64,000 nucleotides of DNA from assembly GCA_963752595.1 (NCBI GenBank), contig CAVVYZ010000017.1:224001-288000 (forward strand). Direction: 5' to 3'. Of this stretch, positions 25,880 through 35,179 are shown one piece after another. Source of the stretch: an uncultured delta proteobacterium (GTDB taxonomy: Bacteria > Desulfobacterota > Desulfomonilia > UBA1062). The notes under the pieces were generated by a model. That model did no database searches and was not told where the DNA came from. It worked only from the letters and a program-made list of their open reading frames with translations. Each line of letters opens with the position of its first letter. Position 1 is the stretch's first letter. The translations under genes and the position numbers were made by a program.

Positions 25880-26137
25880 AGTCCTCTGCTCCCCCTTTGG
25901 AATTTTCGTCACCCTTATCCCATAAAAAATGGCAAGAAGCAATGACCTGGACGCCTTACAGGTTCTATAAATATAGGTAATTGATTTTACATGGATAATT
26001 GAGTGAGGGTTTTTATCCGGCAGCATGGCATAATGCTGTATCCTGTTCGTTCAAAGGAGGAAAATGGAGCAAAATATAAGGGCAGGGCATGATTATCGAA
26101 AAGATATCCTTGATAAATATTGTGTAAGATTGCTAAC

Positions 26138-27145
26138 ATGATGTTGATGGAAAATATGGAAAATAACGTTGAAAAACCAAAAAAACTGGTATGCGTGAGA
26201 TTTCCCGCAATTCCAATGTCATACATATTCGATGCCCGGGATCTGGAGCTGACCACCGGGGATATGGTCCTGGTGAATACGGAATCCGGACTCACTGTCG
26301 CCAAGGTACTCGGCATTCCCCCTGAAGAGGACGCGGTAGGACTCGATGAGATCAAGCCTGTGGTAAGGAAGCTCACCGATAGCGATAAAGAGAAGCTCTC
26401 GGCCATCCGGGCCAAGGAGAAGGAATGCTTCGAGTTTTGTGCCGAGCGCATCCGAACCCGGGAACTGTCCATGAAGCTTACCCGAGTGGAGCAGATGTTC
26501 GACGGTACCAAGATCACCTTTTCCTTCGTTGCAGAAGGGCGGATTGATTTCAGGGATCTGCTCAAGGATCTGGTGGAAAAATTCCGGACGAGGATCGAGC
26601 TGCGCCAGATCGGGAGCCGGCAGGAGTCGGCCATGCTGGGCGGCATCGGGAGTTGCGGCAGGGAACTGTGCTGTGCGGTATATCTCACCGGATTCCAGCG
26701 GATATCGGTCAAGATGGCAAAGAACCAGAATATGACACTCAACCCCACCAAGATCTCGGGATTATGCGGCAAGCTCAAGTGTTGCCTTGCCTATGAGAAG
26801 GAGTCATACTCCAATCTTATCGATAACCTGCCGAAACCCGGGAAAAGGGTCTTCGTCGAACAGGGAGAGGCCTTTGTCGTAAGCATCAATATCATCAACC
26901 AGACGTTTGTCGCCAAGCTTACTGACCGCCGGTTCATTAAATGCAAGGTTTCCGATATACTGACCGAAGAAGAGTTCCGCCAGCTCGGCGATCAAAGACC
27001 CACAGACCTGAGCAGATTGAGAGACCCGCTCCTGGATATCCCCGTCAATGAGACGCCTCCAGCAGAGCGGGAGAAACAAAAAGGGAAGAGGAGAAGATCC
27101 TCCAGACAGAGAAATTCCAGGAAGAAAAGGAGCAAGCCCTCATGA
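26138..27145 (+). CDS. PSP1-domain protein (YaaT/RicT-like)
   Basis: RIDFRDL, RIELRQIG, GSCGRELCC, KISGLCGKLKCCLAYE; start uncertain. Confidence 0.88.
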   Translation: MMLMENMENNVEKPKKLVCVRFPAIPMSYIFDARDLELTTGDMVLVNTESGLTVAKVLGIPPEEDAVGLDEIKPVVRKLTDSDKEKLSAIRAKEKECFEFCAERIRTRELSMKLTRVEQMFDGTKITFSFVAEGRIDFRDLLKDLVEKFRTRIELRQIGSRQESAMLGGIGSCGRELCCAVYLTGFQRISVKMAKNQNMTLNPTKISGLCGKLKCCLAYEKESYSNLIDNLPKPGKRVFVEQGEAFVVSINIINQTFVAKLTDRRFIKCKVSDILTEEEFRQLGDQRPTDLSRLRDPLLDIPVNETPPAEREKQKGKRRRSSRQRNSRKKRSKPS

Positions 27146-29061
27146 GCGGGTATTTTTATATCACGACTCCCATTTATTACGTGAATGCAAAGCCGCACCT
27201 CGGCCATGTCTATACTACGGTGATCGCCGATGTCATGACCAGATATCATAAGCTGATGGGAGAACAGGTTTTCTTCCTTACCGGCACCGACGAGCACGGC
27301 GATAAGATCGTGGAAACCGCAAAAAATCTTGACACGACGGCTAAAAAGCTTGCCGACGAGAACAGCGCGCGGTTCAGAGACCTGTGGCCCGAGCTGCAGA
27401 TTAACTACAGCCGCTTTATCCGGACCACCGAGCCGGATCACATCCGGACCGTCCAGGCCATCCTCCAGGATGTCTATGACAAGGGCGACATCTATTTCGG
27501 CGAATATGGCGGGCATTACTGCATCGGGTGCGAGCGGTTCTTCACGGAAACCGAGATGGTGGACGGGAAATGCCCGATCCATGACAAGGAGCTCGTGTAC
27601 CGGCAGGAGCAGAACTATTTCTTCAAGATGGAGAAGTACCGGTCGTGGCTCATCGAGTATATCCACAACAATCCGGAATTCATCAGGCCGGAGAGGTATA
27701 AGAACGAGGTCCTGGGAATGCTCCGGGAGCCGCTGGACGATCTGTGCATCTCGAGGCCGAAGACGCGTCTTACCTGGGGGATCGAGCTGCCGTTCGACAA
27801 TAACTACGTGTGCTACGTCTGGTTCGATGCCCTGATCAACTATCTCACAGGGATCGGGTATCCGGATGGCGGGCAGTTCAAGGAGTTCTGGAGGGCTGCA
27901 CAGCATATCGTGGGCAAGGACATACTCAAGCCCCATGCCGTGTACTGGCCGACCATGCTCAAAGCGACAGGCATCGAGCCCTACCGGCATCTCAATGTCC
28001 ATGGGTTCTGGAATGTGGATGCTGCCAAGATGTCCAAGAGTCTCGGCAACGTCGTTGACCCGCTTGACCTCAAAGGGAAATACGGGGTCGATGCTTTCCG
28101 GTATTTCCTCATCCGGGAGATGGTCTTCGGGCTGGATTCGAATTTTTCCGAAGAGGCACTTATCGAGAGATATAACGCAGATCTGGCAAACGACCTCGGA
28201 AATCTGGTGAGCAGGAGTACGAGGATGGTCGCCAAGTATTTCGACGGCATCCTCCCGGACGGAAACGGCCCTCTCCAGGAAGATGACAGGGGATTGAGGG
28301 ATCTGGCTGTGAAGGTCGTGGCCGATTACAAGGCAAGGATGGAGAGTTTCGAGCTTCACAACGCCATGGCAGCCGTGTGGTCGCTCATCTCCTCCATGAA
28401 CAAGTACATCGACAAGACAGCCCCGTGGACGCTGGCAAAGACCGACACGGCACGTCTCGGGGTAGTCATGTACCATCTCATGGAAGGCTTGCGGTATGTG
28501 GCGGAGCTCGTATATCCGGTCATGCCCGATACCTCGAAAAAGATATTGGGCATCCTCGGGATCGAAGGGGAATTCACGGCCCAGAACCTCGATCAATTCG
28601 GAAAGCTCCGGGCAGGAGTGAAGATCGGGCTTCAGGATGCCCTCTTCCCCAGGGTGGAACGCATGAAAAAGGAAGGCGAGGAGGCGGCACCCGAGGCGAA
28701 AGGGGAAAAAGAAAAACCGAAAGAAACGGAGAGCGGGAATCTCATCGAGATCTCCGATTTCGCCAGATGTTCCATAAAGGTCGGCAGGATCCTGGAGGCG
28801 AGCAGGGTTGAGAAGTCGGAAAAGCTCGTTGTCCTGAAGGTCGACGTAGGAAGGCAGGTGCAGATCGCTGCAGGTATCGCCAAGGCATATTCACCCGAGG
28901 AACTCGTGGGGAAATATGTTGCCGTGGTGACCAATCTGAAGCCGGCAAAGCTCATGGGCATCGAGAGTCAGGGCATGCTCCTGGCTACGGATACCCCCGA
29001 TGGAAGGCTGTCCCTCGTCACCTTTGACCGGGAGCCTGCAACAGGGGCAAGGGTTCGATAA
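27142..29061 (+). CDS. metG: Methionine--tRNA ligase
   Basis: PIYYVN.PHLGH, YVWFDAL, KMSKS, C-terminal tRNA-binding OB domain. Confidence 0.97.
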   Translation: MSGYFYITTPIYYVNAKPHLGHVYTTVIADVMTRYHKLMGEQVFFLTGTDEHGDKIVETAKNLDTTAKKLADENSARFRDLWPELQINYSRFIRTTEPDHIRTVQAILQDVYDKGDIYFGEYGGHYCIGCERFFTETEMVDGKCPIHDKELVYRQEQNYFFKMEKYRSWLIEYIHNNPEFIRPERYKNEVLGMLREPLDDLCISRPKTRLTWGIELPFDNNYVCYVWFDALINYLTGIGYPDGGQFKEFWRAAQHIVGKDILKPHAVYWPTMLKATGIEPYRHLNVHGFWNVDAAKMSKSLGNVVDPLDLKGKYGVDAFRYFLIREMVFGLDSNFSEEALIERYNADLANDLGNLVSRSTRMVAKYFDGILPDGNGPLQEDDRGLRDLAVKVVADYKARMESFELHNAMAAVWSLISSMNKYIDKTAPWTLAKTDTARLGVVMYHLMEGLRYVAELVYPVMPDTSKKILGILGIEGEFTAQNLDQFGKLRAGVKIGLQDALFPRVERMKKEGEEAAPEAKGEKEKPKETESGNLIEISDFARCSIKVGRILEASRVEKSEKLVVLKVDVGRQVQIAAGIAKAYSPEELVGKYVAVVTNLKPAKLMGIESQGMLLATDTPDGRLSLVTFDREPATGARVR

Positions 29062-29080
29062 AAGGAAGAGAGGAGTCACT

Positions 29081-29434
29081 ATGCAGAAGCTTCCGATTAC
29101 CCAGGTAACACCCGGCATGGTCCTCGCGAAACCTGTCATGAGCGACAAGGGAATGCCTTTGTGCGCGGAGGGTTCAGAGCTCACCGAGATGCTCATCGAA
29201 CGTTTGAAGCAGATGAATATCCCGGTTCTCACCGTCAAAGGGCATCCGGTGGATACCGGGGTGCCGGCTAAGACGATAGAAGAAAAGATCCAGGAGATGT
29301 CCGCCAGGTTTGCCCGGGTAGAGGGTGACCCCCTCATGGGCCGGATCAGGGATGCGATTGCTGATGCGATGAGTGCAGAGGCAAGCGAAATACAGGAACG
29401 GGAAGCAGAAGAGAATAAGGAGATCGGCGAATGA
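29081..29434 (+). CDS. Hypothetical protein resembling the N-terminal (DUF3391-like) domain of HD-GYP/HDOD proteins
   Basis: TPGMVLAKPV...G..L..EG.ELTE..IERL pattern; RBS GAGGAG. Confidence 0.7.
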   Translation: MQKLPITQVTPGMVLAKPVMSDKGMPLCAEGSELTEMLIERLKQMNIPVLTVKGHPVDTGVPAKTIEEKIQEMSARFARVEGDPLMGRIRDAIADAMSAEASEIQEREAEENKEIGE

Positions 29435-30261
29435 GCAAGGCCGAAAAGATCAAGGCTATTACAAAGCGGATACAGAGCCTGCCGACCTTGCCCCCGGTGG
29501 TGAGGAAACTGACCACCATGGTGGAAAGCCCTGATGTTACGGCAAAGGAAGTGGGAAAGCTCATCTCGTCCGATCAGGTCCTGAGTGCAAAGGTCCTCAA
29601 GCTCGTGAACTCGCCTTTCTACGGCTTCCCGGGAAGGATATCGTCCATAAGCCATGCGGTGGTCCTCCTGGGCTTCAATGTAATCAAAGGCGTTGTGCTC
29701 TCCGCCTCGGTGTTCGAGATCATGGAGAAGTCCATGGTAGGACTCTGGGAGCACTCGCTGGGCTCTGCGATCATTTCCGGCGCTATCAGCAGGGAACTCG
29801 GGTTGCACGAGCCCGAAGAGATATCCACGGCCGCCCTTCTCCACGACATCGGCAAGGTCCTCGTCCGTGTCTCCCTGAGTGCGGATTACGACCGGATAAC
29901 CATGATCGTGGAAGAAAAAGGGTGCTCTTTCAGGGAGGCTGAAGTCGATGTGATCGGTGTCGACCATTCCGAGATCGGATTATGGCTTTCCCAGGAATGG
30001 GGATTGCCGGAGCGGCTTGTTATTCCAATTTCCTATCACCACGAGCCTGAGAGCGCTGTGAAGCTCAAAGAACGGGTTTCCGTGGTTCATATCGCCGACA
30101 GCCTGGTCCGAGCGTTCGGGGTGGGCTTTGGAGGAGACAAATGGGTGGGCAGGATATCCTCGACGGCATGGGAATATATAGGGATGCCCAGGCTCGATCT
30201 CCCGAAGCTCATGCGAAAGATCATCGTCGACCTGGAAGAGGTTGAAAATTTCCAGTTGTAA
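29431..30261 (+). CDS. HDOD-domain protein
   Basis: LPTLP, DQVLSAKVLKLVNSPFYG, WEHS, LLHDIGK, WGLP, YHH. Confidence 0.92.
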   Translation: MSKAEKIKAITKRIQSLPTLPPVVRKLTTMVESPDVTAKEVGKLISSDQVLSAKVLKLVNSPFYGFPGRISSISHAVVLLGFNVIKGVVLSASVFEIMEKSMVGLWEHSLGSAIISGAISRELGLHEPEEISTAALLHDIGKVLVRVSLSADYDRITMIVEEKGCSFREAEVDVIGVDHSEIGLWLSQEWGLPERLVIPISYHHEPESAVKLKERVSVVHIADSLVRAFGVGFGGDKWVGRISSTAWEYIGMPRLDLPKLMRKIIVDLEEVENFQL

Positions 30262-30275
30262 AGGGAGGAACATAC

Positions 30276-31199
30276 GTGAAAATGGTCGTAATCGTAAAAG
30301 AGAGACTTGACGACTATCTCTCATCCATCATCTCTACGATCTTCGATTCGATACAGGTGATCCGGAGCGACGAAGACATTTCATCCCTCATCTACATGGA
30401 TCCGCCGGATCTCATCCTCATAGACCGGACATATCTCAAGGAGCACGACAGCAAGATTATCGAAGAGTTCAGGAGCAATACGATCTACGGGCATCTGCCA
30501 ATGGTGGCTGTCTATACCAGGGATGATCTCTCTGAAGTATCGGCAGTCGACATACCCATCGACGACTTCATCATCCTCGACAATTCCGAGATCGAGATCA
30601 GGCGCAGGCTCGAGTTCGATACCAAGAGGGCGGTACGGGAGATGGACACCAACCCGCTCACGAGATTACCCGGGAACGAATCCATTATCCGCTGCATCCA
30701 GCAGATGTTCGATCAGGAAAAAGAAATCGCCATGGCTTGGGTGGATCTCGACAATTTCAAGCCCTACAATGACCGGTACGGGTTCTCTGGCGGCGACGAA
30801 GTGCTCCTGGCAACGGCGCGCATCCTCGCCAATGCCGTTAAGGAAATCAAGCAGGACGATACCTTTGTCGGCCATGTGGGAGGGGATGATTTCGTGTTCA
30901 TATGTCCCGTCGGCAATGCGAGGCTTCTCTGCGAGGAGATCATCTCGCGCTTCGATATGGTGATCCGGAATTTTTACAATGACGAAGACCTGGAGCAGAA
31001 CGGGATCATTTCGACATCAAGAAACGGTGAGACCAGCAGATTTCCGATCATGACCGTGTCCATTGCGGTAGTCATGAACGATAAGAGCCACTACAAACAC
31101 TACGGTGAAGCCTCCCGGGATGCCACGGACATCAAGAAGTACGTCAAGGGACTCGACGGGAGCAACTACATGATCGACAGGAGGGGAAAACCGAGGTGA
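30276..31199 (+). CDS. Diguanylate cyclase (GGDDF) with degenerate receiver-like N-terminus
   Basis: NPLTRLPGN, DLDNFKPYNDRYGFSGGD, GHVGGDDF. Confidence 0.88.
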   Translation: MKMVVIVKERLDDYLSSIISTIFDSIQVIRSDEDISSLIYMDPPDLILIDRTYLKEHDSKIIEEFRSNTIYGHLPMVAVYTRDDLSEVSAVDIPIDDFIILDNSEIEIRRRLEFDTKRAVREMDTNPLTRLPGNESIIRCIQQMFDQEKEIAMAWVDLDNFKPYNDRYGFSGGDEVLLATARILANAVKEIKQDDTFVGHVGGDDFVFICPVGNARLLCEEIISRFDMVIRNFYNDEDLEQNGIISTSRNGETSRFPIMTVSIAVVMNDKSHYKHYGEASRDATDIKKYVKGLDGSNYMIDRRGKPR

Positions 31200-32488
31200 T
31201 CAAACGGTATACAAGACAGACCATGGAGCGCATCTGGTCCGATGAAAACCGGTACCGGAAGTGGCTCGATGTGGAGATGGCGGTGTGCGAGGCCTGGGCC
31301 TCGCTGGGGAAGATCCCAAAGGAAAGCCTCGATACCATCAGGAGCAAGTCGAGGTTCACTGTGGAAAGGATCGAAGAGATCGAAGAAATCACCAAGCATG
31401 ATGTGATCGCTTTTGTTTCTTGTGTGGCGGAATATGTCGGTGATGATGCCAGGTTCATCCATATGGGCATGACCTCTTCCGATGTCCTGGATACCGCATT
31501 GGCGTTGCAGCTCAAAGAAAGCGGACACATCCTCCTCGATGATATCAAGGCTCTCATGGCGGCACTCAAGAAGAGGGCCTTCGAGTTCAAATATACCCCG
31601 GTCATGGGGAGATCACACGGCATCCATGCAGAGCCGACCACTTTCGGCCTGAAATTCGCCTTGTGGTATGCCGAGATGGAGAGAAACCTCAAGCGCATGG
31701 AAGATGCCGTCGAGGTGATCTCGTACGGCAAGATATCCGGTGCGGTGGGGACCTTTGCCAATATCCCTCCCGTTGTTGAGGAATATGCATGCAAAAGGCT
31801 CGGGTTGAAGCCCGCCCCGGTCAGTACCCAGATTATCCAGAGGGACCGGCATGCCCAGTTTTTCACCACGATCGCCATCATCGGGTCGACCCTGGAAAAG
31901 ATCGCCACCGAGATACGCCATCTCCAGAGGACCGAGGTCCTAGAGGCCACGGAGCCCTTCGGTAAAGGACAGAAGGGATCATCCGCCATGCCCCACAAGA
32001 AGAATCCCATCCTCTCGGAGAATATTACGGGCCTGGCCAGACTGCTCAGGGGCTACTGCCTAACCGCCATGGAAAATGTGGCCCTGTGGCATGAGCGGGA
32101 CATCAGCCATTCGAGTGCGGAGCGGGTCATCGGCCCGGATGCGACGATTGTGCTTGATTTTGCGCTTGCAAGGCTGACGAGGGTGATCGAGGGTCTGGTG
32201 GTATATCCGGAAAATATGCAGAAGAACATTGAAATGACCAGGGGACTCTGGCATTCCCAGGGAGTCCTGCTGGCCCTGGTGGATAAGGGCGTTGCCCGGG
32301 ATACCGCCTACCAGTGGGTCCAGCGGAACGCTCTGCAGGTATGGGAAAACAAGGGAGACTTCAAGGATCTTTTGAAGAAGGACCGGGATATTACGGATGT
32401 GCTCGGCAACGAGGCCATTGAAAGCCTCTTCGATCTCTCCCACCATTTTCAGCATGTGGATAAAATATTCGAAAGGGTTTTTTCATGA
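31196..32488 (+). CDS. purB: Adenylosuccinate lyase
   Basis: HDVIAF, TSSDV.D, GRSHGIHAEPTTFG, GSSAMPHKKNP. Confidence 0.97.
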   Translation: MIKRYTRQTMERIWSDENRYRKWLDVEMAVCEAWASLGKIPKESLDTIRSKSRFTVERIEEIEEITKHDVIAFVSCVAEYVGDDARFIHMGMTSSDVLDTALALQLKESGHILLDDIKALMAALKKRAFEFKYTPVMGRSHGIHAEPTTFGLKFALWYAEMERNLKRMEDAVEVISYGKISGAVGTFANIPPVVEEYACKRLGLKPAPVSTQIIQRDRHAQFFTTIAIIGSTLEKIATEIRHLQRTEVLEATEPFGKGQKGSSAMPHKKNPILSENITGLARLLRGYCLTAMENVALWHERDISHSSAERVIGPDATIVLDFALARLTRVIEGLVVYPENMQKNIEMTRGLWHSQGVLLALVDKGVARDTAYQWVQRNALQVWENKGDFKDLLKKDRDITDVLGNEAIESLFDLSHHFQHVDKIFERVFS

Positions 32489-33018
32489 GTATGACCAGCG
32501 AATTACTGGATATTGTACGCCGCGACGCGGTAAAGTTCGGAAAATTTGTCCTTGCATCGGGGAAGGAATCGGACCTCTATATGGATTTGAGGAAGGTCAC
32601 CCTGCAGCCGAAAGGCGCCTTTCTCATCGGGTCGATCATTCACGACATGATCAAGGACCGGTCGGTGGAAGCGATCGGCGGTCTTTCCCTGGGGGCTGAT
32701 CCTATAGCGGTCGCCACGAGCCTAGTCGCATACCAGAAAGGACAGGAGATCGTCGCGTTTCTCGTAAGAAAGGAAAAGAAGGAACACGGCATGAAGAACG
32801 CGGTTGAAGGCCCGATACGGCCGGGGCAGAAGGCCGTAATCGTCGATGACGTGATAACGACGGGTTCGAGCACCATAACCGCAATCCAGCAGGCAGAGGC
32901 TGCAGGACTGAAAGTCGACCTGGTGATCGCGGTCATGGACAGGCTGGAAGGCGGTAGGGCTGCAATCGAAGCCCTCGGGCACGAGGTGCGCACCCTTCTG
33001 ACGAGAAACGACCTCTGA
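32485..33018 (+). CDS. pyrE: Orotate phosphoribosyltransferase
   Basis: FVLASG, RKEKKEHG, VDDVITTGSS. Confidence 0.95.
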   Translation: MSMTSELLDIVRRDAVKFGKFVLASGKESDLYMDLRKVTLQPKGAFLIGSIIHDMIKDRSVEAIGGLSLGADPIAVATSLVAYQKGQEIVAFLVRKEKKEHGMKNAVEGPIRPGQKAVIVDDVITTGSSTITAIQQAEAAGLKVDLVIAVMDRLEGGRAAIEALGHEVRTLLTRNDL

Positions 33019-33111
33019 CATGTCGGGTGAAAGGGCTTCGTGAAGAAAGAAATCTCCGCGTAAAACTCATACCCAAAGGCATATCTTGATATGATCAAGA
33101 GTTGGGAAACC

Positions 33112-34167
33112 ATGAATATATTGGCGATAGAAACGTCCTGCGACGAGACTGCGGCAGCAGTTGTAGATGATAACGGGAAAATCCTTTCGAACGTTGTTGC
33201 AAGCCAAATCAAGGATCATGCCGTCTTTGGCGGTGTCGTGCCGGAGATTGCATCGAGAAGACATACCGAGCTCATCGATCCGGTCGTGAAGGAAGCCCTC
33301 GATAAGGCAGGCATTTCTCTTAAGGAACTTGGCGCTTTGGCCGTGACGAAAGGCCCGGGACTCGTAGGAGCCCTTCTCGTGGGTATCTCCTATGCCAAGG
33401 CCCTTGCCTATGGATTGGGAATTCCGCTGTGCGGGGTCAACCATCTCGAAGGTCACTTAAGTGCAGCCAAGATAGATCATGAAGTCACCTACCCCCATAT
33501 CGGGATGGTCGTTTCCGGAGGACATACCTCTCTCTATAAGATTACTTCGCCCGCACAGGTGGTCCAGATCGGCCAAACCCTCGACGATGCCGCAGGAGAG
33601 GCGTACGACAAGGTTGCAAAGCTCCTCTATCTCGGGTACCCGGGCGGTGTGGTTATCGAAAGGATCAGCAAAGGAGTCGATGCTGAAGAGATCGATTTCC
33701 CCAGGCCTCTCATGAATGGCGATACCTATGATTTCAGTTTTTCAGGCCTCAAGACTGCCGTGCTGAATCGCGTGCTTAAGGAAGGGATCTTTGAGCGTAT
33801 GGATCTGGCCTTTTCCGGCCTGCCCATAGAAAAAAAGATGGTTCCCGGCAAGGAAGGACTCATTCCGAAGATAGCCGCGGCATTCCAGGCCGCCGTTGTT
33901 GACGTTCTCACGGCGAAGGCATTCAAGGCAGCGATGGATAACCGCATGGATCTCCTGGTGGTGACGGGTGGAGTGGCGAGCAACGGGTTCCTTCGAGAGT
34001 CCTTGAGCAGGAAGTCCCAGGAGACAGGGATAAAGCTCATTATCCCTGACAGGAAGTATTGTACGGATAACGCCGCCATGATCGGCATCGCCGGTATACG
34101 GCATATCAGGGAAGGCAAATTTGCGCCGCTTGATATGAACGCCGTATCACGATGGACCTGGGAATGA
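33112..34167 (+). CDS. tsaD: tRNA N6-threonylcarbamoyltransferase
   Basis: IETSCDET, GGVVPEIASR.H, HLEGH, SGGHT, DDAAGEAYDK, CTDNAAMI. Confidence 0.97.
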   Translation: MNILAIETSCDETAAAVVDDNGKILSNVVASQIKDHAVFGGVVPEIASRRHTELIDPVVKEALDKAGISLKELGALAVTKGPGLVGALLVGISYAKALAYGLGIPLCGVNHLEGHLSAAKIDHEVTYPHIGMVVSGGHTSLYKITSPAQVVQIGQTLDDAAGEAYDKVAKLLYLGYPGGVVIERISKGVDAEEIDFPRPLMNGDTYDFSFSGLKTAVLNRVLKEGIFERMDLAFSGLPIEKKMVPGKEGLIPKIAAAFQAAVVDVLTAKAFKAAMDNRMDLLVVTGGVASNGFLRESLSRKSQETGIKLIIPDRKYCTDNAAMIGIAGIRHIREGKFAPLDMNAVSRWTWE

Positions 34168-34958
34168 GACCGAAACATTCCCTGGGGCAGAACTTCCTTA
34201 AGAGTCCGGGCATTATCGACAAGATCATCCGATTTTCCGAAGTGAACAGCACCGATACGGTTCTGGAGATCGGCCCCGGTACCGGGGTTCTCACTGCACG
34301 GCTCCTGGATCTCGCAGCAGAGGTGGTCGCCGTGGAAAAGGACGATGCCCTTATCATTGATCTGCAGGAGAAATTCAAGAATTACTCCGGCCTCATGCTC
34401 CTGCATGGCGATATCCTTGAATTCGATCTGAATGAGATTGTAAGGGAAGGCATGAAGGTCGTTGCAAACCTGCCGTACAATATCGCTACGAATGTGATCC
34501 TTCGCCTTGCAGATATCCCGGAAAAGCTGAAAGCAGTGGTTGTTATGGTGCAGAAAGAGGTCGCACTCAGGGTCTGTTCCCATGCAGGGCAGAAGGACTA
34601 CTCGGCGCTGAGCGTCATTCTCTCCTCCGTTTTCAATTATGTGCCGGGGTTTGTTGTCGGGCCCAAGAATTTCTATCCCGTGCCTAAAGTAGACTCGATG
34701 GTAATAAAGCTCGTCCCGAAAGTAACCCCCCTTCCGAGGGATGACCGGGGCGGTTACAAAAAGGTAGTTTTCTGTGCATTCGGCCAGAGAAGGAAGATGC
34801 TCAAGAATTCTCTGATGAACCTCCCCGGCGTTACGAAGGATCTGCTGACGGAGATTGGCCTTATCTCCGGGATCAGCCTTGAGAAGAGACCCCAGGAGCT
34901 CTCCTGGGAAGAGTTCTATACGCTCAGCCGCACCTATCACCGGCTTACGATGACCTGA
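34164..34958 (+). CDS. rsmA: 16S rRNA dimethyladenosine transferase
   Basis: LGQNFL, EIGPGTG, NLPYNI, QKEVA, PVPKVDS, QRRKML. Confidence 0.95.
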   Translation: MRPKHSLGQNFLKSPGIIDKIIRFSEVNSTDTVLEIGPGTGVLTARLLDLAAEVVAVEKDDALIIDLQEKFKNYSGLMLLHGDILEFDLNEIVREGMKVVANLPYNIATNVILRLADIPEKLKAVVVMVQKEVALRVCSHAGQKDYSALSVILSSVFNYVPGFVVGPKNFYPVPKVDSMVIKLVPKVTPLPRDDRGGYKKVVFCAFGQRRKMLKNSLMNLPGVTKDLLTEIGLISGISLEKRPQELSWEEFYTLSRTYHRLTMT

Positions 34959-34979
34959 TGCTGCCTTCTACAGGCCTCT

Positions 34980-35140
34980 GATTACAATCGAGATTACAAA
35001 CCATCGTAACCGAAATTACAAACCGGTAACCAGTGTAACCGTCACAAAGCAGACAACAGTACTTATACAACGGTCAACTTATTGATAATAGATCATAAAT
35101 AAAAAACAAGAGACAGTCACAAATTTGGCATCCGCATTGC
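34980..35140 (+). promoter_or_regulatory. Sigma-54 promoter with upstream repeated enhancer-like motifs and IHF site
   Basis: TGGCATCCGCATTGC (35126-40) has GG-N10-GC spacing; reverse-strand TATCAATAAGTTG (35075-87) matches WATCAANNNNTTR; TTACAA/GTAACC repeats at 34980-35048. Confidence 0.72.
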
Positions 35141-35179
35141 CTTATACATCCCGGATCGATTAGATCCGGGGGGTATTAG

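Noticed and set aside
26992-28596. Long antisense ORFs (534 aa opposite metG; also 59431..60744, 33726..34940, 28891..29967)
   Set aside because: Shadow ORFs typical of GC-rich coding strands; no motifs, and they fully overlap well-supported genes.
30276-31199. GGDEF protein as a Hypr-type 3',3'-cGAMP synthase matching the GEMM riboswitches
   Set aside because: It retains the guanine-specifying Asp (NDRYGFSGGD) where Hypr enzymes have Ser/Thr, and all three aptamers have G20 rather than A20.
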